This document shows positions 1 through 10,709 of a DNA stretch of 64,000 nt, piece by piece. The notes below the pieces were generated by a model. The model saw only the letters and a list, made by a program, of their open reading frames with translations, was not told where the DNA came from and made no database searches. The stretch is from Squalus acanthias. Its lineage: Eukaryota. The position numbers and the translations under genes were made by a program. The stretch is taken from the NCBI GenBank assembly GCA_030390025.1, contig CM059441.1, forward strand, positions 63,736,001-63,800,000. The letters are read 5' to 3'. Each line of letters opens with the position of its first letter. Within the stretch, counting starts at the first letter, position 1.

Positions 1-64
1 ACCATCACTGTGGAACATGAGTGTACAGATACTTCCACATCTCTCTAAATACAAAAAAAATAAT

Positions 65-820
65 GGCCCGTAATTTCCGACAGGAGACTTCCTGCGTGCG
101 GATACCTCCTATCGGAAAAAAATCTACGCTGTTACCTGAGGGCTCCCGAGGTCCAGACACTTCCGATCCTGGGCCTCTCCACAGTCGAAATGCGCAGGGC
201 CCACGTATCCCAGGGGCACAGGCGGTTCACAATCGTCCCTGGGATCACGTGGGCCAGGCCAGCCAATAGGAGAAGGGAATCTCCCTTCATACATTTGACA
301 GATAGACCCGTCAAAAGTATGAATTGAGATCACCCCAAAAAGAAACTAAAACATTAAATATATTTTAAAAAAACCATCACGTTTTTAAAATGAGTTAAAA
401 TTACATTAAATTAAATATTTTAAACAAAAATTTAATTTTTTGAAAAAAATAATTGAAGTTTTTTACGGGGCTAAAACTGAACTTACCTTTTTTAAAAGTA
501 TTTTAAAATTATAAATGAGTGAAATTTTTTTTTTTAACTTCTTTTCAACTCTTATGCTGGTAAAAGCAGGCCTTACACTTTTTTTACGCATAAGATTTCT
601 AAGGGTTTTCTGTGGGCGGAGTTTCTGCAGAAAGCGGAACTCTCCCCCCGCAGAGGCCCTTCTCCAGGGCAGGCGTCCGATCTGTCTAGAGCATTCTTGA
701 CAGATCGGAAATGCTGGTTTTCAGTGCATCCGCTTCGCATGCCTGAAACCGGCATTTCCGATGTCCCTACGGGTGTGAACACAGCACGTACACACCCTTA
801 GGCGACGGAAAATACGGGCC
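65..820. mobile_element. PIF/Harbinger-type MITE (non-autonomous DNA transposon), family 1
   Basis: TIR GGCCCGTAATTTCCG at 65 vs CGGAAAATACGGGCC ending 820 (14/15 match); AAT on both flanks (62-64, 821-823) as 3-bp TSD; shares internal blocks with 48128-48874 and 29431-30195. Confidence 0.85.
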
Positions 821-904
821 AATATCGAATGGAGACTGTGGAATTTACCAAGCCTATGACACACTCTCACACGCATATAAACACACTCATACACTCTCTG
901 TCTC

Positions 905-1412
905 TCCTCTCTCTCCTTCTTTAAGATGACCTTTGAAACCTACCTCTTTAACCAAGCTTTCGGTCACCTGTCTTAATATCTCCTTATGTGGCTCGGTGTC
1001 AATTTTTGACTGAGCGTCTTAAAGGAGGAGAGAGAGGCGGAGAGGCGGAGAGGCTTAGGGAGGGAATTCCAGAGCTTAAGGCCTAGACGGCTGAAGGCAC
1101 AGCCGTCAATGGTGGAGCGAAGGGAATCGGAGATGAACAACAGGCCAGAATTGGAGGAATGCAGAGATCTCGGAAGGTTGTCGGACCGGAGGAGATTAAA
1201 GAGATAGGAAGGGGGCGAGGGCCATGGAGGGAACTGAACACGCGGATGAGAATTTTAAATTCGAAGTGTTTCCGGACTGGGAGCCAATGTAGGTCAGCGA
1301 GCAACAGAGGGTAATGGGTGAATGGAACTTAGGACATGTTGCAGCAGAGTTTTCAGATTAACTGTAGTTTACAGAGGGTTGAAGATGGGAGAGCCGTCCA
1401 GGAGAGAGTTGG
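905..1412 (-). mobile_element. L2-type LINE 3' fragments (a short + strand tail followed by a - strand piece)
   Basis: ORF 1083-1304 LADLHWLPVRKHFEFKILI is typical of the L2 ORF2 C-terminus; same sequence recurs at 3478-4070 and 20632-21330. Confidence 0.75.
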
Positions 1413-1447
1413 AATTACCTGCTGACTCACCTCTGGTCTTGTTCCAG

Positions 1448-1723
1448 ATCCACCCAAAGAGACGACAGTGGCCATAAGCGGAGCCACGGGCGGAATAAGA
1501 GAGGGAGACAACATCATGTTAACCTGCTCCAGTGAAAGCGTCCCTCCGGCATCTAGTTACGCCTGGTTCAGGGTCGACAGAAACATGATCACCCAGTTAA
1601 ACACAAGTGCTCGGTCCATCTACTCCGGTCACCTAACACGGGCGAATGATGCCAGTTTCTATTGCACAGCGAGGAACCCATTGGGTAACGGCACGTCGAC
1701 CATTGTACACCTGAGTGTGGAAT
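1448..1723 (+). CDS. Gene A (MAG/Siglec-like receptor) exon: Ig C2-type domain
   Basis: ttccag|ATCCACCC ... GTGGAAT|gtaagt; phase 1-1, 276 bp; xPPKETTVAISG...IMLTCSSESVPPASSYAWF...DASFYCTARNPLG...HLSVE has the Ig C-W-C core. Confidence 0.92.
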
Positions 1724-1919
1724 GTAAGTAGTTTACTCTATCTGACTCTTATTTAAACTCAGGCACTTCCTGTCTGTGAAAAGCTTACTTCTTGTCGTCA
1801 CATTTCCAGTATGCACTTTTCCCGTTGTGTCCGGTTTCCACAGTTATAATGGTAACTGCCTATGTTAATGTCACACTTAATTCTTGCGTGCTGGACCGGT
1901 TCCTGATTGGGCCAGGGAT

Positions 1920-3130
1920 CCTAGAATCATAACATGATACAGCACAATCGGAAGCCATTCTTTGAAAGAGCTATCCAATTAGTTCCACTCTCTTTCCTCA
2001 TAACCCTGCAAAATTTTGTCACTTCTAATATTTATCCAATTACCTTTTGAAAGTTACAATTGGATCTGCTTTCACTGCTTTTTCAGGCAGTGCATTCGAG
2101 ATCTTAACAACTGCCGAAAAAAAAATTCTTCTCATCTCACCACTGGTTCTTTTGCCAACTACCTAAAATTTCTGTCCTTTGGTTAAAACCCTTCTGCCAT
2201 TGGAAACAGTTTCTCCTTATTTACTCTGTTAAAACCCTTCATGATTTAAACACCTCTATTAAATCTCCCCTTAACCGTCTCTGCTGTAAGGGGAACAACC
2301 CCAGCTTCTCCAGTTTCTCCACGTACCGGCACTCCCTCATCCCTGGTACCATAGAGTCATAGAATCATAGAAATTTACGGCAGAGAGGAGGCCATTCGGC
2401 CTATACTGTCTGCGCCGGCCTAAAAAGAGCTATCTAGTCTAATCCCACTTTCTAGCTCTGGGTCCGTAGCCTTGTAGGTTACAGCAGTTCAGGTGCATAT
2501 CCAAGTTCTTTTTAAATGTGATGAGGGTTTCTGCCTCTACCACCCTTTCAGTCAGTGAGTTCCAGACCCCCACCACCCTCTCGGTGAAAAGAATTCTCCT
2601 CAACTCCCCTCTATTACTTTAAATCTATGCCCCATGGTTATTGACCTCGCTGCTAAGGGAAATAAGTCCTTCCTATCCACTCTATCTGGGTCCCTCATAA
2701 TTTTATACACTACAATTAAATCTCCCCTCAGCTTTCTCTGTTCCAAAGATAACAACCCCAGCCTATCCAATCTTTCCTCATAGCTAAAATTCTCCAGTTC
2801 TGGCAACATCCTCTTCAATTTCCTCTGTACCTTCTCTAGTGTAATCACATTGTTCCTGTATTGTGGTGACCAGAACTGTACGCAGTACTATAGCTGTGGC
2901 CTAAATCGTGTTTTATACGTTTCTAGCATAACCTCCCTGCTCTTATATTCGATGCCTCGGTTAGTAAATCTCTTCTGCACCCTCTCTAAGGCCTTCCTAA
3001 AGCATGTGGTGACCAGAATTGGACACAATATTCCAGCTGAGGCCGAACCAATGATTTACCAGAGGTTTAGCAATAATGTCCTTGCTTCTGTACTTTCTGC
3101 CTCTATTTATAAAGCCAAGTATCTCATCAT
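1920..3130 (-). mobile_element. Stacked CR1 LINE 3' fragments
   Basis: ORF 2600-2848 LEKVQRK..RMLPEL..FSYEERLDRLGL.SLE.R.LRGDLI is the CR1 ORF2 C-terminus; catagaat-type 3' tails. Confidence 0.8.
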
Positions 3131-3477
3131 ATAGAGATGAAGTGGATTAACAGATAATGCACGGTCCTTGCGATCTCCTGTACTGGCTTTCGATCGCCTG
3201 AGGGTGTTAGAGAGGAGTTTTCGAGCGTATTTTCTTTCCCTTATTGGCCCTGGGATTTTATCTCTGAATTTTAAGTCTCTCCCAGGAGATTACATGTCTG
3301 TGGGGGGAACGAGGAGGATGAAGTGTCTAGACATGCGGCTCCAGACATCATGAGCATCTGGGGGTGGGGGTCGGTGGGGTGGGGGAAACTGATGGACCAG
3401 CTGGGGTCTCGCTGCCCACCCCACCTCCCCGGTCATTATCGTACGAAACGCGCTGATGCTGGGTGAGGTGCCCGCAT

Positions 3478-4070
3478 CGTTACAACAGCAACAACTTGCA
3501 TTTATATAGCGCCTTTAACATACTAAAATGTCCCACGGCACTTCACAGAAGCGTTATCAGACAAAATTTGATAGCAAACCACATAAGGAGATATTAGGGC
3601 AGATGACCAAAAGCTTGGTCAAAGAGATAGGTTTTAAGGAGCGTCTAAAAGGAAAGAGAGAAAGACGCAGCGAGGTTTAGGGAGGGAATTCCAGAGCTTA
3701 GTGCCTAGGTAGCTGAAGGCACGGCCGCCAATGGTGGAGCGGTTAAAATCGGGGATGAGCAGAAGGCCAGAACTGGAGGACCGCAGAGATCTCGGAGAGT
3801 TGTAGAACTGGATGATGTTACAGAGATAGGGAGGGGCGAGGCCATGGAGGGATTTGAAAACAAGATTGAGAATTTTAATATCGAGGCGTAGCTGGACCGG
3901 GAGCCAATGTAGGGCAGCAAGCACAGGGGTGATGGGTGAATGAAATTTGCTGCGAGTTAGGATACAGGGCAGCAGAATTTTGGATGAGCTCAAGTTTACG
4001 GAGGGCGGAAGATATGAGGCCGGCCAGGATTGCATTGGAATAGTCAAGTCTAGAGGTAACAAGAGGGTTT
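3478..4070 (-). mobile_element. L2-type LINE 3' fragment
   Basis: ORF 3634-4062 ITPVLAALHWLPV...APPYL...GGRAFSY..KLWNSLP; tail gcatttatatagcgcc. Confidence 0.82.
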
Positions 4071-4142
4071 CAGTGTTAGGATTCTATCTTACAGTCTTAC
4101 AGTGCTACGACATTGTCTAATTTGTTATTCTTACTCCCTCAG

Positions 4143-4436
4143 ATAAGCCAGAGATTTCCCGGGAGTCGGAATGCACACGGACGGCCAAGGGTGTCACCTG
4201 CGTCTGCGTGGCCAGATCCAACCCACCCGGAGACCTCACCTGGCACCTTCCCCTCGCTAACGTCAGCGGCAACCAAACAAGCGGCCATTTCGTGACGTGG
4301 CGGGTCAGCGACGGGCAGCTGGTGACTGGCTCCCTGACCCTGACGGGTCGCGAGGGTGAGGAGGGAGCGACGGTCTTCTGCTCAGTTAGAAACCAGCACG
4401 GAGAAGCAATGTTCAAGGTGTACCTGTGGGCCAAAG
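4143..4436 (+). CDS. Gene A exon: membrane-proximal Ig domain resembling MAG domain 5
   Basis: ccctcag|ATAAGCCA ... GCCAAAG|gtaaga; phase 1-1, 294 bp; YKPEISRESECTRTAKGVTCVCVARSNP...LVTGSLTLTG...VFCSVRNQHG parallels MAG d5 (ES.C......QCLCVVKSNP...LTSILTL...ICTARNLYG). Confidence 0.92.
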
Positions 4437-4444
4437 GTAAGAGC

Positions 4445-5680
4445 ACTTTTCGGGATCGCTGTCAATTCAGGTGCCTAGATCCTTAAGCTCTGGAATTCCC
4501 TCCCTCAACCTCTCCGCCTCTCTCTCTCCACTTCCTTTAAGACGCTCCTTAAAACTTATCTCTTTGACCAAGGTTTTGGTCATCTGTCCTAATGTGATAT
4601 GTGATAAGGGCATCTTGATGAAAGTTGATAGGGTAGATAGAGAGAAACCATTTACCCTGTTGGGGGGAGTCCAGAACTAGGGGGCATAACCTTAAAATTA
4701 GAGCTAGGCCATTCATGGGTGATGTCAGAAGCACTTCTTCACACAAAGGTTAGTGGAAATCTGGAACGCTCTCCCCCAAAGAGATCTTGATCTCGGGGGT
4801 CAATTGAAAATGAAAATAAGTTGCACAAACTCGGGTTATATTGAAGTACTGTGTTCAGTTCTGAGCACCACAATTTAGGAAGGATATATTGGCCTTGGAG
4901 GGAGTGCAGTGTAGATTTACCAGAATGAAACCCGGAATCAAAGGGTTATCTTACGAGGATAGGTTACACAAACTAGGGTTGTATTCCCTGGAATTTAGAT
5001 GGTTAGGGGTAATTTGATTGAAGTTTTCAAGATATTCTGGGGAACAGACAGGGTAGATAGAGAGAAACTATTTCCGCTGGTTGGGGAGTCCAGGACTAGA
5101 GGACATAGCCTAAAAATTAGAGCCAGGCCTTCAAGGAGTGAAGTTAGGAAACACTTTAACACACACAAAGGGTGGTAGAAGTTTGGAACTCTCTTCTGCA
5201 AATGGTCAATTGTTATTTTTAAATCTGAGATTGATAGAATTTTGTTAACCCAAGGTATTAAAGATATAGGGCAAGGCAGGTATATGGAGGTAGGGCACAG
5301 ATCAGCCATGATCTCGTTGAATGGCAAAAAAAGCTCAAGGGGATGAATGACCTGCTCCTGTTCCTATGTTCCTTCCTATGGTCCTATGTGGCTCGGTGTC
5401 AAATTTTGTCTGATTTATGCTCCAGTGAAGCACCTTGGGAAGTTTTACTATGTTAAAGGTGCTATATAAATGCAAGTTGTTGTTGTCTGATACAAGTCAG
5501 CTGATTGTTGCATCACTTAGAGCAGAATTGTCCCAGGGATGAGGGACTTCAGTTACAGGGAGAGACTGGAGAAGATGGGGTTGTTCTCTTTAGAGCAAAG
5601 AAGATTAGGGGAGATTTAATAGAGGTGTTCAAAATCATGAAGGGTTTTGATAGAGTAGATAGAGAGAAACTGGAAGCTGA
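4445..5680 (+). mobile_element. Mosaic of L2 tail and CR1 3' fragments
   Basis: CR1 motifs VDRVDREK.F, gagtccagaactagggggc, gaatggc..ctcctgttcctatg; L2 tail tttgaccaag...aaaggtgctatataaatgcaag. Confidence 0.7.
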
Positions 5681-5754
5681 CTAATATTACATCTTTAGAT
5701 ATTACATATATAGATATTACATAAATTGATTTTATACATAAATGTTTCACAGTA

Positions 5755-5935
5755 AAGGAAGACTTACATTTATATAATGCTTATATAGTCCCAAAACACT
5801 TTACAGCCAATGAAGTACTTCTGAAGTGTAGTCACTGTTGTAGTGTAGGAAACATGATCGCAAATTTACGCACAGCAAGATCCCACAAACAGCAACGTGA
5901 TAATCACCAAATAATCTGTTATTTTAGTAATGTTA
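5755..5935 (-). mobile_element. SINE 3' fragment
   Basis: acagccaatgaagtactt..gaagtgtagtcactgttg, the reverse complement of the SINE 3' region seen at 15400-15550. Confidence 0.65.
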
Positions 5936-6124
5936 TATATATAAACATATATAGATATTACATATATAAAATGGTTCACTAATATTCCTTTAGAGAATGT
6001 ACCTTGCTGTCATTACCCCGTCTGGGCCTATATGTGACTCCAGTCCCACACCAACGTGGTTGACTCTTAACTACCCTCTGAAGTGGCCACTCAGTTTGTA
6101 TCAAACCAACTACCAGCACCTCAT

Positions 6125-6550
6125 GGAATCATAGAATCATAGAATCGTTACAGCACAGTAAGAGGTCATTCGGCCCATCGAGCCAGTGTCTGCTCTCTGC
6201 AAGAGCACTTCAGCTAGTCCCCATCCTCCGTCCTCTCCCGTAGCTCTGCAAATTTTTTTCCTTCATTTACTTACCTAATTCCCTTTTGAAAACCATGATT
6301 GAATTTGCTTCCACCACCCTTTCAGGCAGTGCATTCCAGATCATAACCACTCACTGCGTCAAAAAGTTTTTTCTCATATCACCTTTGGATCTTCTGCCAA
6401 TCGCCTTAAATCTATGTCCTCTGGTTCTCGACCCTTCCGCCAATGGGAACAGTTTCTGTCTCTCTACTCTGTCCCACCCCCTCATGATTTTGAACACCTC
6501 TATCAAACTCCTCTCAACCTTCTCTGCTCTAAGGAGAGCAACCCCAGCTT
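6125..6550 (-). mobile_element. CR1 3' fragment (followed by a LINE family B tail to about 6645)
   Basis: ORF 6351-6572 LIEVFKIMRGWDRVERQKLFPLAEGSRTRGHRFK; catagaat tail repeats. Confidence 0.78.
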
Positions 6551-6736
6551 CAAGAAGATGTCCCACCACCACCTTCTCAAGGGACAGCTAGAGTAGGGCA
6601 ATAAATGTCGGCCTTGCCAGCGGTGCCCACATCCTGAGAATGAATTGCCAAAAATTGAGCGAGTGCTTCACTTCTCGAGGTACATTGGAGCATTGTTCTA
6701 AAACTGTACTGCAGTAATTAATGGCTGTTTTTACAG

Positions 6737-6833
6737 GTAGAGACTCCAATAAATGGCAAGTAGGATTGCTTGTAGCTGGGATCACGTTGAGTGTTGAACT
6801 GGCTGGATTCTTAACCTTCAAGTGCATGAGAAA
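6737..6833 (+). CDS. Gene A exon: transmembrane segment
   Basis: ttttacag|GTAGAGAC ... ATGAGAAA|gtaagt; phase 1-2, in frame with both neighbours; GRDSNKWQVGLLVAGITLSVELAGFLTFKCMRK. Confidence 0.85.
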
Positions 6834-7179
6834 GTAAGTGCGAAGGTTTAACTTTTTTTTATCAAAGTCTTTACTTCAATCTTCCCTCCTTAAGTCAGTG
6901 ATTGGTTAAGCACCAGACGCCACTCCCATAAGTGATCCCTGTGTCCCCTGCAATCTGGAGTGTGTCTTTCACGGCCCAGTATCCAGGTGAACGCTAACAA
7001 GACCCAGAGATCCCTCACTATGCACGCTAGCTGCTGGATTGTATCAGGTCATCTTGTGATTCGACAACACCACAGTGACTACACCTCGATAAACAATCGA
7101 TTGTCTGTGAAGCACTTTGGGATGTCCCGAGGATGTGAATAAATTCCTGCACATTCGTATGTTCTATCTCTCTCTGATT

Positions 7180-7995
7180 TAGATTCACAAGGATGATACC
7201 AGAACTGAGAGGTTATAACGATCAGGAAAGACTGAACAGGCTGGGGCACTTTTCTTTAAAAAAGAGAAGAGTGACCTGATAGAGGTCTTTATGATTATGA
7301 AGGGGTTTGATAGGGTAGATGTAGAGAAGATGTTTCCACTTGTGGGGTAGACTAAAACTAGGGATCATCAATATAGGATAGTCACTAATAAATCCAATCG
7401 GGAATTCAGGAGAAACTCTTTACCTAGAGAGTGGTGAGAATGTGGAACACATGGAGTGGTTGAGGCTAATAGCGTAGATGCATTTAAGGGGAAGCTAGAT
7501 AAGTACATGAGGGAAACATAAATAGAAGGATATGTTGATAGGGTTAAATGAAGAGGGATGGGAGGAGGCTCTTGTGGAGGATAAATCCGGCATGGACCAG
7601 TTGAGCCAGTTAAGGGGAGATTCAACAGAGGCGTTCAAAATCATGAGGGGTTTTGATAGAGTAAATAAGGAGAAACTGTTTCCACTGGCCGAAGGGTCGG
7701 TAACCAGAGGACACAGATTTACCGTCACTGGCAAAAAAGCCAGAGAGGTAGATGAGGAGAAATATTTTTACACAGCGAGTTGTTCTGATCTGGAATGCAC
7801 TGCCTGAAAGGGCGGTGGACGCTGATTCAATAGCAACTTTCAAAAAGGGATTTGGATAAATACTTGAAAAGGAAACATTTTCTGGGCTATGGGGAAAGAG
7901 CAGGGGGCAGTGGGATTAATTGGAGAGCTCCTTCAAAGACCCAGCACAGGCACGATGGGCCGAATGGCCTCTTTCTGTGCTGTGTGATTCTATGA
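7180..7995 (+). mobile_element. Two CR1 3' fragments
   Basis: FKIMRGFDRVNKEKLFPLAEGSVTRGHRF; ends gggccgaatggcctctttctgtgctg. Confidence 0.78.
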
Positions 7996-8128
7996 TTCAA
8001 TGTATGTGGACAGAAGCGATTTAAAGAAACAGCCCAGTAGTTGCTGTAATGTTACAGTGGGGTCTGGGTCTGTCCTGCACTGACACGCTGATATATGATA
8101 ACCACAGTGCGATATTCTGCTATTTCAG

Positions 8129-8210
8129 GAGAAAGGCAGCGACTGAGGGGAGAGATTCACAGACCAGTGACATTGCAATGACCGACAGTCCACTCTCCGC
8201 GCAGCACCAG
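8129..8210 (+). CDS. Gene A exon: juxtamembrane cytoplasmic exon
   Basis: tatttcag|GAGAAAGG ... CACCAG|gtacag; phase 2-0, joins the TM exon to the terminal exon in frame; RKAATEGRDSQTSDIAMTDSPLSAQHQ. Confidence 0.8.
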
Positions 8211-8394
8211 GTACAGGAATTGTTTCCGTTTAGACCGAAGCCTCAATCTCAGCGTGTAGACAACACGTGTCGGAGATTCCCAGTTGGGTTGTCCATTAAT
8301 TTCTGCCTATGGTGTCAGCCGTGGCTCAGTGGGTTTAGCACTCTCTCTCTCGCCTCTGAGTCAGAAGGTCGTGGGTTCGAAGTCCCACTCATTA

Positions 8395-10356
8395 GAAATT
8401 AAGAACGTAAGAATTAGGAGCAGGAGTTGGCCATTCGGCCCCTCGTTCCTGCACTGCCATTCAATAAGACCATGGCTCATCTTCGACCTCAACTCCAGTT
8501 CCCCACCCGATCCCCATATCCCTTGGTTCCCCTAGAGTCCAAAAATCTATCTCTCTCAGCCTTGAATATACTCAATGACTCAGCATCCACAGCCCTTTGG
8601 GTTAGAGAATTCCAAAGATTCACAACCCTCTGAATGAACAAATTCCTCCTCATTTCTGTCTTAAATAGCCGACCCTTTATACTGAGACTATGCCCACTAG
8701 TTCTAGACTCTCCAGCCAGGGGAAACAACCTCTCAGCATCTATCCTGTCAATCCCCCTCAGAATCTTATATGTTTCAATGAGATCACCTCTCATTCTTCT
8801 CAGCTCCAGAGAGTATAGGCCCAATCTACTCAATCTCTCCTCATAAGACAACCCTCTCATCCCAGGGATCAATCTAGTGAACCTACGCTGCATCACCTCT
8901 AAGGCATTTGTGTATGTCCTTTCTCAGATAAGGAGACCAAATTGTGCACAGTACTCCAGGTGTGGTCTCACCAAAGCCCTGCACAATTGTACTAAGACTT
9001 CCTCACTCTTGTACTCCAACTCCCTTGCAATAAAGGCCAAAATGCCATTTGCCTTCCTAATTGCTTGCTGGAACTGCATGCTAACTTTCTGTGTTTCCTG
9101 TACGACAACACCTAAATCTCTCTGAACACCAACATTTAATAGTTTCTCACCATTAAAAAAATTCTGTTTTTCTATTCTTCCTACCAAAGTGAATAACCCA
9201 ACATTTCCACACATTATACTCCATCTGCCACCTTATTGCCCACTCACTTAAACTGTCTATACCCCTTTGCAGGCTCTTTGTGTCCTCCTCACTGCTTACT
9301 TTCCCACCTAGCTTTGTATCATCAGCAAACTTGGATACATTGCACTTGGTCCCTTCATCTAAGTCATTAATATAGATTGTAAATAGCTGAGGCCCAAGCA
9401 CTGATCCTTGCGGCACACCACCAGTTACAGCCTGCCAACCTGAAAATGACCCATTTATCCCTACTCTCTGTTTTCTGTCCTTTCACCAATCCTCTATGCT
9501 TACTAATATATTATCCCCAACCGCATGAGCCCTTATCTTGCATAGCAACCTTTTATGTGGCACCTTATTGAATGCCTTTTGGAAATTCAAATATACTACA
9601 TCCACTGGTTCCCATTTATCTACCCTGCTAGTTACATCCTCAAAAAACTCGATTAAACTTGTTAAACACAATTTCCCTTTCATAAAACCATGTTGACTCT
9701 GCCTAATCATATTATGATTTTCTATGTGCCCTGTTACCACATCCTTAATAATGGATTCCAGCATTTTCCCGACGACTGATGTCAGGCTAAGTGGCCTATA
9801 ATTCCCTGATTTTTCTTTCCCTCCTTTCTTGAATAGCAGGGTTTCATTTTCTACTTTCAAATCCGCTGGGACCGTTCTAGAATCTAGGGAATTTTGGAAG
9901 ATCACAAGCAATGCATCCACTATCTCTGCAACCACCTCTTTTAGAACCCTTGTATGTAGGCCATCAGGTCCATGGGATTTGGTGGCTTTCAGTCCCATTA
10001 GTTTCTCAAGTACCTTTTCTTAGCTACGTTAAGTTCCTCACTCTTATTAGCCCCTTGGTTCCCCACTATTTTTGGTAAGCTTTTTGTGTTTTCTACTGTG
10101 AAGACAGATACAAAATATTTGTTCAAAGTCTCTGCCATTTTCTTATTCCCCATTATAATTTCACCTGTCTCACCCACTAAGAGACCAACGCTTACTTTTG
10201 CTACTCTCTTCCTTTTTACATACTTGTAGAAGCTCTTAGAATCTGTTTTTATATTTCTTGCTAGTTTACTCGCATATTCTATTTTCTCCCTTTTTATCAA
10301 ATTTTTGGCCATCCCTTGCTGGTTTCCCAAGCTTTCCCAATCCTCAGGCTTACTAT
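8395..10356 (-). mobile_element. 5'-truncated CR1 LINE (degraded ORF2 RT region)
   Basis: ORFs 9483-9998, 9153-9416 (PQGSVLGP..KFADD), 8924-9214 and 8489-8896, separated by frameshifts/stops. Confidence 0.92.
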
Positions 10357-10358
10357 TA

Positions 10359-10663
10359 CTGGTTGAGTGTCCTGAATCCAGCAACCTCGGGACCGAGGCC
10401 GAGCTGGTTTTCGTGTTTTTCCGGACTTCGGAACGTATTTCTGATATCTGAAGTCTGGAAATATCGCAACCTGAACTCGGGCATTTCCGGACTTCGGACG
10501 TCAGAAACATGTTCCGAGTCCGGAAATGCCTGGGCCTGGCTGACGGCGGAAACAGGGTGTCCGGATTCTGGAACATTTTACGGATTCCGGACGACCCTGC
10601 CACCAATCGTCCCGGAGTCCGGATTCCGGATTCCGGAACTCCGGGTTTTGGGCTCTCAAACTG
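10359..10663. mobile_element. Tc1/mariner pogo-Tigger-type MITE (Tigger4/MER46-like ends)
   Basis: Imperfect TIR CTGGTTGAGTGTCCTGAATCC vs revcomp CAGTTTGAGAGCCCAAAACCC (14/21); TA on the left flank, CA on the right; TCCGGA-rich interior. Confidence 0.55.
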
Positions 10664-10709
10664 CATTCCAAAGACTTGAGCCCCATAAGCCAGGCCGACA
10701 CTCTCAGTG

